IMG/VR virus record: IMGVR_UViG_3300021963_000095
DNA length: 64,000 bases
DNA from: an uncultured virus (IMG/VR IMGVR_UViG_3300021963_000095)
Taxonomy: Duplodnaviria > Heunggongvirae > Uroviricota > Caudoviricetes
Direction: 5' to 3' (one strand)
Of this stretch, positions 38,367-48,345 are shown one piece after another; positions within the stretch are counted from its first letter, which is position 1; every line of letters starts with the position of its first letter. Position numbers and translations under genes: made by a program. The notes under the pieces were generated by a model, which saw nothing but the letters and a program-made list of their open reading frames with translations, searched no databases and was not told the DNA's origin.

Positions 38367-39133
38367 AATAGATTAATTTTTGATTTGTCTGCGAATTGTT
38401 GAACAACATGCCATGCTTTGGCATCGTATTCTGGTGCTGATGGAAAAGGCGGTGTGTGTTCAGGTTTAACTGCTTTGTCATAAGCATAAGGAACAGTATG
38501 AAGAATTGCACGACCTTTTTCTCTATCACTTAACTTATGACCAACTTGAATTACATGAACCTCTGCATCAGGCCATGCTAACTGTAGACCTCTATTTAAA
38601 GTGCCTGAAGAACCTACGCTCCAAACAACATCAGGTTTAATTGGTAGTTCTCTCGCAACTTTTACAATAGAACCAATAACCCACGGATGCTCTAAACCTA
38701 GAGGTAACACACTACGCTTTGTTGGTTCAGCATTTGCATAATCTCTCGCTCTAGCAAGAGTTACATTCAACATACCATTGGCAACCCAATGAATTGTTCC
38801 ACCTAAATCTAAAACCTTTTGTTGATGCCATGTAGGCTCTTTTCTTTTCGCCATAAAGAATGTGCATTTTTTACCATACTTATTTGCAACATAACATAAA
38901 GAAATAGGACCCCAACCTACTTTATTTGCACCACCAAATACCCATTCGTCTGGACCATCTTTAACAAGTTTATCGATGAATCTACACTTAGAACCAGCAG
39001 AAAGCAAATCGTCACGAACAACAAAAATGCCATCATGCTCTTTAATTACAGGCGTAGGTTCAGAATCTTTCCATGTTGATAGTTCATGAAGAATGCTGTC
39101 AAGTTCTTGCTCATAATCAAGCATAAATTTCAT
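38348..39133 (-). CDS. PLP-dependent fold-type II enzyme (ACC deaminase/cysteine desulfhydrase-like)
   Basis: VVRDDL..GSKCR (PLP lysine), VGSSGTL..GL glycine loop, YDAKAW, LLWNVA. Confidence 0.75.
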   Translation of the reverse strand: MKFMLDYEQELDSILHELSTWKDSEPTPVIKEHDGIFVVRDDLLSAGSKCRFIDKLVKDGPDEWVFGGANKVGWGPISLCYVANKYGKKCTFFMAKRKEPTWHQQKVLDLGGTIHWVANGMLNVTLARARDYANAEPTKRSVLPLGLEHPWVIGSIVKVARELPIKPDVVWSVGSSGTLNRGLQLAWPDAEVHVIQVGHKLSDREKGRAILHTVPYAYDKAVKPEHTPPFPSAPEYDAKAWHVVQQFADKSKINLLWNVAK

Positions 39134-40292
39134 CTTTCAATATTTTTGGCATTTCTTTGTTCATTGCTAATGCTCTAGTAACTAAAGCATTTCTTAATTC
39201 TTCAGTCGCCTCTACATCAATAACAAGATGAATTCTTTCTTCATTACCACCATTAATTGCTCTGTGTGGTTTGCGTGTATCGATATACCAACATTCACCA
39301 ACTTTCATATTTACATCATATCTTTTACCGTCTGCTAACCAATTATTAAAAACTACTTTATCATTTGTTGTGATTGGCCAATGAAGTCTCATCACTTTAC
39401 CATCTGCAACTCCAGAATCTGCATCTACTTGGTCCGTATGTCTTGCAAGTTCTCCATCGCCTGGTGCTAATTTCATAAAACGAATTCTATGAACAGCAGG
39501 AGTTTTTGTCCATTGTAAAAGTTCATTGACTTCAGGAAAATGTTGACGCAGTTCCGTATCTTGTAATTCAAAAACTACATCTTTATTTTCTTCTTGCCAT
39601 TTATCATTCATCTCTTGTGGTTTAGTTATGAATGCGGGGTCGCTTGTATAACCACGCAAAGATAAAGCAGACCAAGATTTATTTTTATTATAATTGCTAT
39701 AATGATTTGTAAAATCTAATTTTAAACTCAAAAGTTTCTGATGAATAGCGGTAATTAAATTTAGAGGAACATTACCCATATTAGTTAATCCAACATATTC
39801 AGAAGGATTAATATCTTTTAAAACTTCTCTAGGTTCTAAAGAGGTCATAGCATCCTTAAAGTATACTGATATAACTTCAGCAAAAGATGTAAACTTGCAA
39901 CCCACTTTTGTAAATCCGGCAAGTTCTAATGTAATGTTTGCATCAAAGTCTTCTGCCCAACAGAATGCCCAAGTCGATTCTGTATATTCAGATAAACGCT
40001 GGCGACATTTTTCTTTATCTACCCAACAAAAAGATTCAATCACTCTATCACCTTTTTGTTTTTCAGCAAGAACAACATTAGGAAACATTTTGATTGGCGA
40101 TTTAGTTTTTACAATCTTACTTTCAATAATGTAATCATCTGTGATTTCCATTGTATGGTCTGCCAATGAAGAGGCAATAACATGTTTTTTCATTTGACTG
40201 AAAGGAGACAAAGAAAAATAATTGTAATCTTTGTATCTAGATTCAAGTTCAAGTAAATAATCTAATTCATAACCTTTTTGCCACGCTTTCAT
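39117..40292 (-). CDS. fusion: GNAT-like N-terminal domain + Asp/Asn beta-hydroxylase-like domain
   Basis: C-terminal RHTD, RLHWPI, GECWYIDTRKPH, RIHLVID are clear; N-terminal AN..LE.AGF.KVG resembles a GNAT motif (weaker). Confidence 0.7.
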   Translation of the reverse strand: MKAWQKGYELDYLLELESRYKDYNYFSLSPFSQMKKHVIASSLADHTMEITDDYIIESKIVKTKSPIKMFPNVVLAEKQKGDRVIESFCWVDKEKCRQRLSEYTESTWAFCWAEDFDANITLELAGFTKVGCKFTSFAEVISVYFKDAMTSLEPREVLKDINPSEYVGLTNMGNVPLNLITAIHQKLLSLKLDFTNHYSNYNKNKSWSALSLRGYTSDPAFITKPQEMNDKWQEENKDVVFELQDTELRQHFPEVNELLQWTKTPAVHRIRFMKLAPGDGELARHTDQVDADSGVADGKVMRLHWPITTNDKVVFNNWLADGKRYDVNMKVGECWYIDTRKPHRAINGGNEERIHLVIDVEATEELRNALVTRALAMNKEMPKILKDEIYA

Positions 40293-40891
40293 ATTTCAAT
40301 TTCCTCATAAGGTTGATATAACTTTTGACCATTTTCGTAATTGTCACCATAGTAGATATACGATTTAGAAAAACTCACACTTGCTCTTGGCATGCTTGGC
40401 ATTGCTTGGTGTGTTTTGTGTCTTGGGATATAAAACATTTCGTTTGGATTCAATGTAAACTCATCAAATAAACAACTTGAGTGGTCAGCGAGAGGGTCAG
40501 GATTATTACACACATCTACTTTCCAAGGTGTATTACCAATCAACTGCCAAACATAAACTGCCTCTGCATCATTATGTAATGGAAAACTTTTTGAATGACT
40601 AGAAAATGAAACATAAATGTGTGCAGAATATAGTTTTGCTTCGTCTCCAAATAAAATTTCTCTTGCTTTTTTAATTTTAGAATTCAAATATCCGTGCTGT
40701 AGTATACATCCATAATATAAGTTATCCAATACTCTAAATGGAGCAATTTTTTTATCGATAGAATTTTCATCAAAATTCATATCTGGCTTTGGTTGATTTT
40801 TTAACCACCTAATATGTTTATCGTAACATTCGATAATTTCATTCCAATCAGGAAGTTCTAATTTTAATTTTTCTATTTTAGTTTTTATCAT
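40289..40891 (-). CDS. JmjC/cupin-type 2OG oxygenase
   Basis: HIYVS, LHND, VWQLIG...W, LNPNEMFYIP...H. Confidence 0.75.
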   Translation of the reverse strand: MIKTKIEKLKLELPDWNEIIECYDKHIRWLKNQPKPDMNFDENSIDKKIAPFRVLDNLYYGCILQHGYLNSKIKKAREILFGDEAKLYSAHIYVSFSSHSKSFPLHNDAEAVYVWQLIGNTPWKVDVCNNPDPLADHSSCLFDEFTLNPNEMFYIPRHKTHQAMPSMPRASVSFSKSYIYYGDNYENGQKLYQPYEEIEI

Positions 40892-42603
40892 TTTGCAATT
40901 TGTGAAAAATTCTGATATTTTTCAAACTTAATTACACTACGAAATTTATCAAACAATTGGTCACCTTTATGACTAATCACAAACACATTAGTCTCTTCAC
41001 CAAGGGTGTTCAATAAACTCATTACATAATCTGTACCATTGTTGTCTAAAGAAGAATCAAATATCTCATCAAGCATCAATAAATTTGTATTGGCAGAGTT
41101 TTTCATTTTTGCAATTGTTCGCCAAGTAAATAATAGTGCCAAGTCAATTCTTTGTTTTTCTCCTTCGCTGAATGATGGGTAAGAAAATTTGTCACGGTGT
41201 CTTGCTTTAATTGTTTCATTAAATGATTCATCAATTTCAAAATGAGTAAAAAAGTCCATTGCACTCAAATACTTATTTACCAACTTATTAATTACAGGAA
41301 GATATTGTCTAATAATTTTTGTCTTAATGCCTGTATCTTTAAGCATTAAGGTGGCAATATCATAATAATGTCGTTCTTCGTTCAAAATTGATTTTGATTT
41401 TGAATCATCAATTGCCTTCTTGGCATATTCTTTTAATTTTTCACGCTCAATCGTAATTTGTTCACCATCAACATTTGCGTTTTCCGATTCAGTTTTCAAT
41501 TGCTTATTCATTTTTAAAAGCATTGATATTTGATTGTTTGCTGTAGAAATACTTATATTCTTATCTAAGATTTCTTTTTGAACAGTATTGATTTCCGTCA
41601 ATCTTTCACCAAGTTTTTCTAGTGCTGTTTCTAAAGTAGAAATGTCATAAACTTTCTGGTCTAATTCTTCTTTCATTTTAGATACAATAGATTCTTTATG
41701 TTCATGAGGAATACCTTGCTCACATGATGGGCAAGTTGAATTTGAATCAAAGAAATTAATATGTTCTGTAATATCTTTTAATTTACTCTTCTTAGCATTA
41801 ACTCCTTTTTTAGCAAGTTCAATATCTTTATTGACTTTATCCAAATCATTAATTGAATTTTGTAAAGTAGTCACTTCAGCAATCAAAACATTCATGTTTG
41901 TTGTGATTGTTTCCATTTCTGTAGAGTTAGTAGTAATTTTAGCAAGAATCTCATCAACTCTTTTTTGTTTCATATCTTCAAGTTGCTCAATATATCCTTC
42001 TTGCATCTTCGCTTTTTCTCTTAAAAACTCAATATTAGTTTCAAGTGTTTTAATTGCATCTTTGATTGATGCATATTTTTCTTTCAATACAACATTCATT
42101 GTTGAGAAAATTTTAATGTCAAGTAAATCTTCAATGATTGCTCTTCTGTCTGCCGCAGGTAATTGCATGAAAGGAGTAAATGATGCACTACCCAAAATAA
42201 CAATTTGAGTAAATGATTTGAAGTTTAATTTTAGAATTTGCTCTTCAAGAACTTTTTGATAATCTTTGACTGCCGCATCTTGATTAAGCAATTCATTGTT
42301 TACATAGATTTCAAACAGATTAGGTTTAATACCACGAACAATTTTATAGTCTTTACCATTTGTTGAAAATGTAATTGTTACCAAACAGTTTTTTTGATTG
42401 ATAGAGTTAACTAGTTGTGGTTTATTAATCTCACGAAATGGTTTACCAAACAAAGCAAAACAAATTGCATCAAGAATAGTAGACTTACCTGCACCATTTT
42501 CTCCTACGATTAGTGTGGTGCTTGTTCTATCTAGTTTTACTTTTGTTTCTGAGTTGCCTGTTGATAAAAAATTCTGCCAAGAAATTTCTTTGAATTTAAT
42601 CAT
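40888..42603 (-). CDS. 46: recombination endonuclease ATPase subunit (gp46, Rad50-like)
   Basis: GENGAGKS, CPSC hook, FSEGEK, LDEIFD. Confidence 0.96.
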   Translation of the reverse strand: MIKFKEISWQNFLSTGNSETKVKLDRTSTTLIVGENGAGKSTILDAICFALFGKPFREINKPQLVNSINQKNCLVTITFSTNGKDYKIVRGIKPNLFEIYVNNELLNQDAAVKDYQKVLEEQILKLNFKSFTQIVILGSASFTPFMQLPAADRRAIIEDLLDIKIFSTMNVVLKEKYASIKDAIKTLETNIEFLREKAKMQEGYIEQLEDMKQKRVDEILAKITTNSTEMETITTNMNVLIAEVTTLQNSINDLDKVNKDIELAKKGVNAKKSKLKDITEHINFFDSNSTCPSCEQGIPHEHKESIVSKMKEELDQKVYDISTLETALEKLGERLTEINTVQKEILDKNISISTANNQISMLLKMNKQLKTESENANVDGEQITIEREKLKEYAKKAIDDSKSKSILNEERHYYDIATLMLKDTGIKTKIIRQYLPVINKLVNKYLSAMDFFTHFEIDESFNETIKARHRDKFSYPSFSEGEKQRIDLALLFTWRTIAKMKNSANTNLLMLDEIFDSSLDNNGTDYVMSLLNTLGEETNVFVISHKGDQLFDKFRSVIKFEKYQNFSQIAK

Positions 42604-43673
42604 TAATTAGTTTCTTCGTAATTTTGTGCTTCCACATAAAGTGTTTTCATAACAGTTTTTAATCTCTCTTTGTCACAATCAATTTCATAAGAATCAATAT
42701 AATTTGACAAGAGATTTACTGTATCCTGAACATCAATGTCTTCATCCGTTAATGCCTCATTTTCGAACATATTCAAATCTTCGATAATTTTTAATTCCTG
42801 TAACTGAGCATTATACAACGATTCAACATATTTGTCAAACTTGTAGTAGTCAGTTTTATTAATTACTACCAATTTAATAAAGGCATCTTTATATTTGCTC
42901 AAGTCTTCGGTAAATAATTCTGTGTTTGTTTCATCATAGGTGATTTTATGGAATATTGTATATGGGTTTGGAACAAATGTAAGTTCGTGTGTATCTGTGT
43001 CGAAAATGTGGAATCCTTTTTGGTCTCCATAGTCTGACCAGGTAAACTCATAAGTATTGCCAAGGTAAACAATATTGCTATCAGTAGATTTATGGTGGAA
43101 ATGACCAGAACACACCAAATCAAATTTATCAAATATCTTTCTGTCGAGACCTTCTTCATTAATTTGTCCTTTATACATTTGAAATCCTGCAATTTCAAAA
43201 TGACCGAAACAAATTGGTGCAGTAGTTTCATTAATCATTTTTAAACTCTCTTCATAATTACCAGAATTAATCCACGGCATAAAAAGAATTTCACAACCAT
43301 CAAAATTTACAACCTTTGATTCAGAATAAATCCAAGGTTCATTGAGACCGTCATATGTTGTGCATAGATTTTCAATTGCGTTTACTTTGTTTGTATTTTT
43401 AAAATATGTGTCGTGATTCCCAATAAGAATATGAGTGTCGATGCCTTCTTTCCAAAGGCGTTTCATAAAACGATTTTGAAAGTCCCATGCTATGTTATGA
43501 TTAATAAATTTTCTTCTATCAACCACATCACCTAAATGAATTACAGATTTAATGTTGTTCTCTTTCATATATGGGAAGAAAATGTTCTCCCAAAATTTAA
43601 AAAAGAATTCATTAAAAATTGGACTATCACCTCTAGCACCAAAGTGTGTATCGGTAATTAAAGCAATTTTCAT
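42603..43673 (-). CDS. 47: recombination endonuclease subunit (gp47, Mre11-like)
   Basis: DTHFG, LGDVVD, GNHD, SGHFH. Confidence 0.95.
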   Translation of the reverse strand: MKIALITDTHFGARGDSPIFNEFFFKFWENIFFPYMKENNIKSVIHLGDVVDRRKFINHNIAWDFQNRFMKRLWKEGIDTHILIGNHDTYFKNTNKVNAIENLCTTYDGLNEPWIYSESKVVNFDGCEILFMPWINSGNYEESLKMINETTAPICFGHFEIAGFQMYKGQINEEGLDRKIFDKFDLVCSGHFHHKSTDSNIVYLGNTYEFTWSDYGDQKGFHIFDTDTHELTFVPNPYTIFHKITYDETNTELFTEDLSKYKDAFIKLVVINKTDYYKFDKYVESLYNAQLQELKIIEDLNMFENEALTDEDIDVQDTVNLLSNYIDSYEIDCDKERLKTVMKTLYVEAQNYEETN

Positions 43674-45133
43674 TATTCTTCCTCATGTAATTTGTAGATG
43701 AAATCTCTATGTTTCATCTTTACTGCCTTAGTATCTTCTTTTCTTTGTTTAATTTTTTCTGCCTGTTCAATTTTATAACGGTCATAATAACCTTTAAGTT
43801 CCATTTCCTTTTTGATGGCAGATTTATCAAACCATTTTATAGCATTTAATAACTGAATGAAATTGTTTTGTTGGAATAGAACATGTGGTCTATATTCAAA
43901 TTCCCATTTTCTAGGTAAACGAGTTTTCCAAGAATTTATTTTTTGTTTGAAGTCTTCGGGTAAAGAAAGATTAGAAACATCTTTCCAGAATGGAGTATCT
44001 TCTCTACAATTTAAATAATGCAAACGAACAAATTCAAAAAGATTATTCATAAAATATTGCATAACATCATTAAATCGTTTTGCTTGATACTCTTCATTTT
44101 TTCTATATGCCGGTAATAAATCAGCAAGTAAGAATGCCTGTTGTAATCCTGTTCCAATTGCCGTTGCTTCGATGGGTTCAAAAAATGAACCCGATATACC
44201 TACAGCGCACACATTATTCTTCCAAAATTTATTCAAATATCCTGGTTCAAATTTAACATCTCTAGCAATTTCAATAGGATGACCTAGTAAATCTTCAACT
44301 TCTTTTTTTGCTTCATCAACGCTAATGTGTTTATCTGAAAAAACATAACCATTACCTGTTCGACCATAAACAGGAATACGCCACATCCATCCTGCTTTCA
44401 TTGCTTTTGAAAGTGTTAGTGCGGGATAATCTGGCAACTCATCTGTAGGAAATGCTATTGCATGATTTAATAATAGTTGGTCTGACTTAGATATAAATTG
44501 AACATCTTCATATTTACCAACAAGTTCTCTTCTAAATCCAGAACAATCAATATAAAAATCTGCTTTATAGATAGTTTTTTCTGCATTTAAACTTATAATA
44601 TTTTGCTTGTCATCTTTATTGACCGAAATAATTTTATCATCAATAATTTTAATTTTATTCAATTCACATTGTTTAACGAGAAAATCATTTAATTTAAAAG
44701 TATTGAAATGAAATTGATTTGGTGGAGAATTTTCTTGAACAATATTTTCAATTAAATGCGGGTCTACTGTTGCATCTGAATTGTCATTGTCAATTAAAAT
44801 ACCGCCCATCATATATTCATATTGGTCATCATTAGCCAAAACTAAATCACTAAGAGAATGAATGTAATGAGTTTCTTCACCTTGCCAACCGTCAAAATAA
44901 ATTCCATACTTTAAAGAACCGCCCGTATCTCGAACCATATCCCATCTTGAAATCCCTAGAAGTTCTCTAAACTTATTCAAATGTTCTGTGCTACCTTCTC
45001 CAACACCAATGATGCCGATTTGTGATGAACCTATTACCACCACATCAAGTTCAGGTAATTTCTTTTTTAAGATAAGTGCTGTTGTAAGACCAGTTGTGCC
45101 TGCACCTAATACCGTAATTGATTTAATCTCCAT
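43673..45133 (-). CDS. flavin-dependent halogenase (tryptophan halogenase family)
   Basis: GAGTTG, IGVGEGS, conserved Lys in SLKYGI, WMWRIP, FFEPIEAT. Confidence 0.85.
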   Translation of the reverse strand: MEIKSITVLGAGTTGLTTALILKKKLPELDVVVIGSSQIGIIGVGEGSTEHLNKFRELLGISRWDMVRDTGGSLKYGIYFDGWQGEETHYIHSLSDLVLANDDQYEYMMGGILIDNDNSDATVDPHLIENIVQENSPPNQFHFNTFKLNDFLVKQCELNKIKIIDDKIISVNKDDKQNIISLNAEKTIYKADFYIDCSGFRRELVGKYEDVQFISKSDQLLLNHAIAFPTDELPDYPALTLSKAMKAGWMWRIPVYGRTGNGYVFSDKHISVDEAKKEVEDLLGHPIEIARDVKFEPGYLNKFWKNNVCAVGISGSFFEPIEATAIGTGLQQAFLLADLLPAYRKNEEYQAKRFNDVMQYFMNNLFEFVRLHYLNCREDTPFWKDVSNLSLPEDFKQKINSWKTRLPRKWEFEYRPHVLFQQNNFIQLLNAIKWFDKSAIKKEMELKGYYDRYKIEQAEKIKQRKEDTKAVKMKHRDFIYKLHEEE

Positions 45134-45761
45134 CTTTTTTGTCTTCCTCGTTCAGTTCATCTATAATTTCAAATTCGTCATCGTCTTCTTCTTGCTCATC
45201 CATAAAGGTTTCTAACGATTTCTTTTTTGATTTTTTATTTCTTTTTTCTTGAATTTCTTTAGTGTCAAGGTTAGTTAAATTTCCTCTAAGATATTCAATG
45301 TATGTATTTTTGAACATTGTTCCTTCTTCACCATCAGGAAGTTCAAGTTCTTGTTCCAAATCCATGTTCTCTAGGTATTTGATTTTTAGGTCAATCTGTT
45401 TTTTCTCTTTAATAATTCTTCGGAGAAAAGCATAGTAAATAATTTGAGTGAAATATGCAAAAGGATTATCATACTTATCAGGATTAAAGTTATCCATATA
45501 CATCAAACAGTTTTCGATACCATCCGATACCATGTCCGCTTTGAAAGTATAATTGATAAAATTTGGTCGATATGACAAATGCTCTGCAATTTTCATAAAG
45601 CATTCGCCAATGTATCTAGGAACAACAGGTCTTTCTAAACCATTTTCTTTGGCATGAATTACCGAGGCCCTATATTCTACGAGTGCTTTTAGAAAATCAG
45701 CATTCTTTACATAATGTTTATTTGAACTTTTTTCTATTTTTTCTGTTTTTTCTTCTTCCAT
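45123..45761 (-). CDS. 55: late-transcription sigma factor (gp55)
   Basis: HYVKN, IAEHLSYRPNFINY, NPFAYFTQIIYYAFLRRI. Confidence 0.94.
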   Translation of the reverse strand: MEEEKTEKIEKSSNKHYVKNADFLKALVEYRASVIHAKENGLERPVVPRYIGECFMKIAEHLSYRPNFINYTFKADMVSDGIENCLMYMDNFNPDKYDNPFAYFTQIIYYAFLRRIIKEKKQIDLKIKYLENMDLEQELELPDGEEGTMFKNTYIEYLRGNLTNLDTKEIQEKRNKKSKKKSLETFMDEQEEDDDEFEIIDELNEEDKKDGD

Positions 45762-45790
45762 ATTGTACCCACTTTACATAATTGTTTCTT

Positions 45791-45819
45791 ATAATACACA
45801 AAACGGCATTATTTGTCAA
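45791..45819 (-). promoter_or_regulatory. sigma70-type promoter for gene 55
   Basis: TTGACA-17-TATTAT. Confidence 0.65.
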
Positions 45820-45907
45820 TAATAAGAAACACTTTTATTTTTAATTATACCATAAAAAACTATTGATTTTTTGTTGACACCGGTGCATAATCACGGGTGT
45901 TGTCCCT

Positions 45908-46327
45908 TCAATGAATAGTTTTCTTTTTACTATCACCTATAATTTCTTCTAATAAATCTACTGCCTCAGATATACTTTCTTCAGTCGTAGGTTCTTCATC
46001 ATCTTCACCTTCTTCTTCATTAAATAAAATTTCTTCTCCAGCATCATTCATTTGACCTACTGCTCTTTTGTAATGTTCTTGTACCATTTTTCTAACTTCG
46101 ACAGAAAGTAAAACATCATCTGGTTTGAGAGCAAAAGTTTTTTGTTCTGATACTGATACAAATGGACCAAATAAAATATTTTCTACTAATCCGCCGTCTG
46201 GTTTTTGAAAATACTGAGATTTATAAACAACAGGATTTGTGATGACAACTTTATTCTCTTCTTCATGAACAAACGCAATCACATCTTGCCCGTTGGTAAG
46301 TTTTAGTGCTTTGATAGTTTCGTTCAT
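45908..46327 (-). CDS. conserved hypothetical protein (Sm-like fold)
   Basis: LKLTNGQDVIA...NP pattern; usual position between uvsW and 55. Confidence 0.65.
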   Translation of the reverse strand: MNETIKALKLTNGQDVIAFVHEEENKVVITNPVVYKSQYFQKPDGGLVENILFGPFVSVSEQKTFALKPDDVLLSVEVRKMVQEHYKRAVGQMNDAGEEILFNEEEGEDDEEPTTEESISEAVDLLEEIIGDSKKKTIH

Positions 46328-47832
46328 TTTAAGTCTACCTTTATTAGTTTATATTCAAAGTTTTCTTCATTGTAAATTTTAATTCTTTCCATCATATGTT
46401 CTAATGTAAAGTTTTTTCTTGACTTCCAAGACAAATCATCTCCTATATCATATAGCGTTGCGCTATCTTTTGTATCACTTGTTCTTAAACCACGACCTAT
46501 TGATTGCAAGTTACGAATTCGAGATTTAGATGGACTAGCAAAAATGACATTATGTAAATTACGAATGTTAATTCCTGTAGAAAAAGTTCCATATGACGCA
46601 ATAATTATAGCATCATGTTCTTTTTCTGTAATTTCACGAATTTCTTCTCTAGTCTCTGTATCCGTATTACCATAAACAAAAAATACTTTTTGGTCTTTTC
46701 TGGCACTAGAAGCAATTAAAGGATACAAAATCTTTCCGTGCTTTTCTACTAATTGATATAATATTAAAGTGTTGCCTTTTAACTTTAAACAAAGATTTTT
46801 AATAAAGTTATTTCGTGCTTCCCACTTAACAAGAAAATCAATTTCTTCTGAATATTTAGCGTCTTTTAATTCTTTTTTTACAGCATCAGGATAGTTTAAA
46901 AGAATGCAATATATTTGTAATTTTGCTACCGTATTTTCTTTCATCAAAGATTTTGTTGTGGTAACTTTTTTAACTTGACCAAATAATCCTTCTAATACTA
47001 GTTTATGAGTTTTAGTTCCGTCAAGAGTTCCTGTGGTACCAATGCGCCATAAAGCATTAACACATTTTTCCATTATTGATGTGAGAGACTTTGCTTTAAA
47101 TTGATGAGCTTCATCTCCAAATACAGCACCAAAGTTTTGAAAATATTGTGCTGGCATTTGATATACAGACTGCCAAGTTGTAATTGTAATAGGTTTATTT
47201 GTGTATTTACTTTTACCTTGATAAACTCTATGACAATTCTCATTTACATTCCAATCGCTATCAGAGGCGTAGTCTTTAAAGTCATTATACATTTGCTCAA
47301 CAAGAGATGTTGTTGGAACAACAATTAAAATTGGTCGTTGGTCTAACTCTTGAATTGCTCTAATCAAACAATAAATGATTAAAGATTTACCTGATGCTGT
47401 AGGTGATAGCAATAATGCTTTTTCGTTTGTTAAAGCATGATATACCGCATCTAATTGGTAATCACGAATCTCAATCTCCTGTCCTTTACTTCTAAGATTA
47501 AGAAACTTGATAAATTTTTCTGTAATATCTTTTGAATGAATATATGATTTAGGTTTTACTCCTCCATAAATTTCATTGTCAAGATATTCAATAGTGTAAT
47601 TTCTTTGCCTTGCAAATTCTATTACATGATTAACAAGACCACCATAAATTGATTTTGTCCACACATTATAAAGACGAATTTTTCCATCCCACATCTTTGC
47701 TCTATACTGTGGTGTAAACTGTGCGCCAGGAACTTGAAAAGTAAAAAAATCTTGAAGTTCGTATGCTGTGCTTACATCGCAATCAATTTTTAAGAAAACT
47801 TCGTTTCTTTTAGCAATCTTTAAATCAGACAA
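46324..47832 (-). CDS. uvsW: DNA/RNA-DNA helicase
   Basis: RDYQ, SPTASGKS, DEAH, QSIGRGLR. Confidence 0.95.
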   Translation of the reverse strand: MSDLKIAKRNEVFLKIDCDVSTAYELQDFFTFQVPGAQFTPQYRAKMWDGKIRLYNVWTKSIYGGLVNHVIEFARQRNYTIEYLDNEIYGGVKPKSYIHSKDITEKFIKFLNLRSKGQEIEIRDYQLDAVYHALTNEKALLLSPTASGKSLIIYCLIRAIQELDQRPILIVVPTTSLVEQMYNDFKDYASDSDWNVNENCHRVYQGKSKYTNKPITITTWQSVYQMPAQYFQNFGAVFGDEAHQFKAKSLTSIMEKCVNALWRIGTTGTLDGTKTHKLVLEGLFGQVKKVTTTKSLMKENTVAKLQIYCILLNYPDAVKKELKDAKYSEEIDFLVKWEARNNFIKNLCLKLKGNTLILYQLVEKHGKILYPLIASSARKDQKVFFVYGNTDTETREEIREITEKEHDAIIIASYGTFSTGINIRNLHNVIFASPSKSRIRNLQSIGRGLRTSDTKDSATLYDIGDDLSWKSRKNFTLEHMMERIKIYNEENFEYKLIKVDLK

Positions 47833-48276
47833 TTATCCTACAATCCCATTAGTAAATTTTGCCCATTCGATTGCAGATTTAATATCCCAACCCCTTGAGT
47901 TTATACTTCTTATAATTTGCTCTAACTGAAAATGAATTGCTTCGATATAAGCAATCTTATCTTGAAGTTTAATTAAGTCTTCATCACCTTGAAGAAATTC
48001 ATCCATTTCATTTTTAAGAGGTTTTGTTCCTTGCCATTGTGACCAACCTAAAGTGGATAATTCATCTTTACTCATTTCACCACGATAATATCTAAATTTA
48101 TTTCTACGCAAACGGTCATAATCGCTCACAGCCTTTCGTAACTGTAATTTGATACTAGACATGATGTTGATGTATTTGGCGTGTAGGATGGGCGTATTGA
48201 GTGCTTCGTGACCCAATTGTGTGCTGTCAATTCGACAGTCTTCTGACCAAAGTTTTTGTAACTCATCTAATTGCAT
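47833..48276 (-). CDS. uvsY: recombination mediator
   Basis: LHAKY, YYRG, RGWDIKSAIEW; adjacent to uvsW. Confidence 0.88.
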   Translation of the reverse strand: MQLDELQKLWSEDCRIDSTQLGHEALNTPILHAKYINIMSSIKLQLRKAVSDYDRLRRNKFRYYRGEMSKDELSTLGWSQWQGTKPLKNEMDEFLQGDEDLIKLQDKIAYIEAIHFQLEQIIRSINSRGWDIKSAIEWAKFTNGIVG

Positions 48277-48285
48277 AATCTCTCC

Positions 48286-48324
48286 AAAAAGTTATATTAC
48301 CACTTATGACAATGGCAGTATAAC
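48286..48324 (-). terminator. intrinsic terminator after gp3, overlapping a promoter
   Basis: GUUAUA-C-UGCCAU / GUGGUA-A-UAUAAC stem followed by U5. Confidence 0.55.
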
Positions 48325-48345
48325 ACAAAAATTAAATTATTTCAA
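48317..48345 (-). promoter_or_regulatory. sigma70-type promoter for uvsY-uvsW
   Basis: TTGAAA-17-TATACT with extended TGn. Confidence 0.65.
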
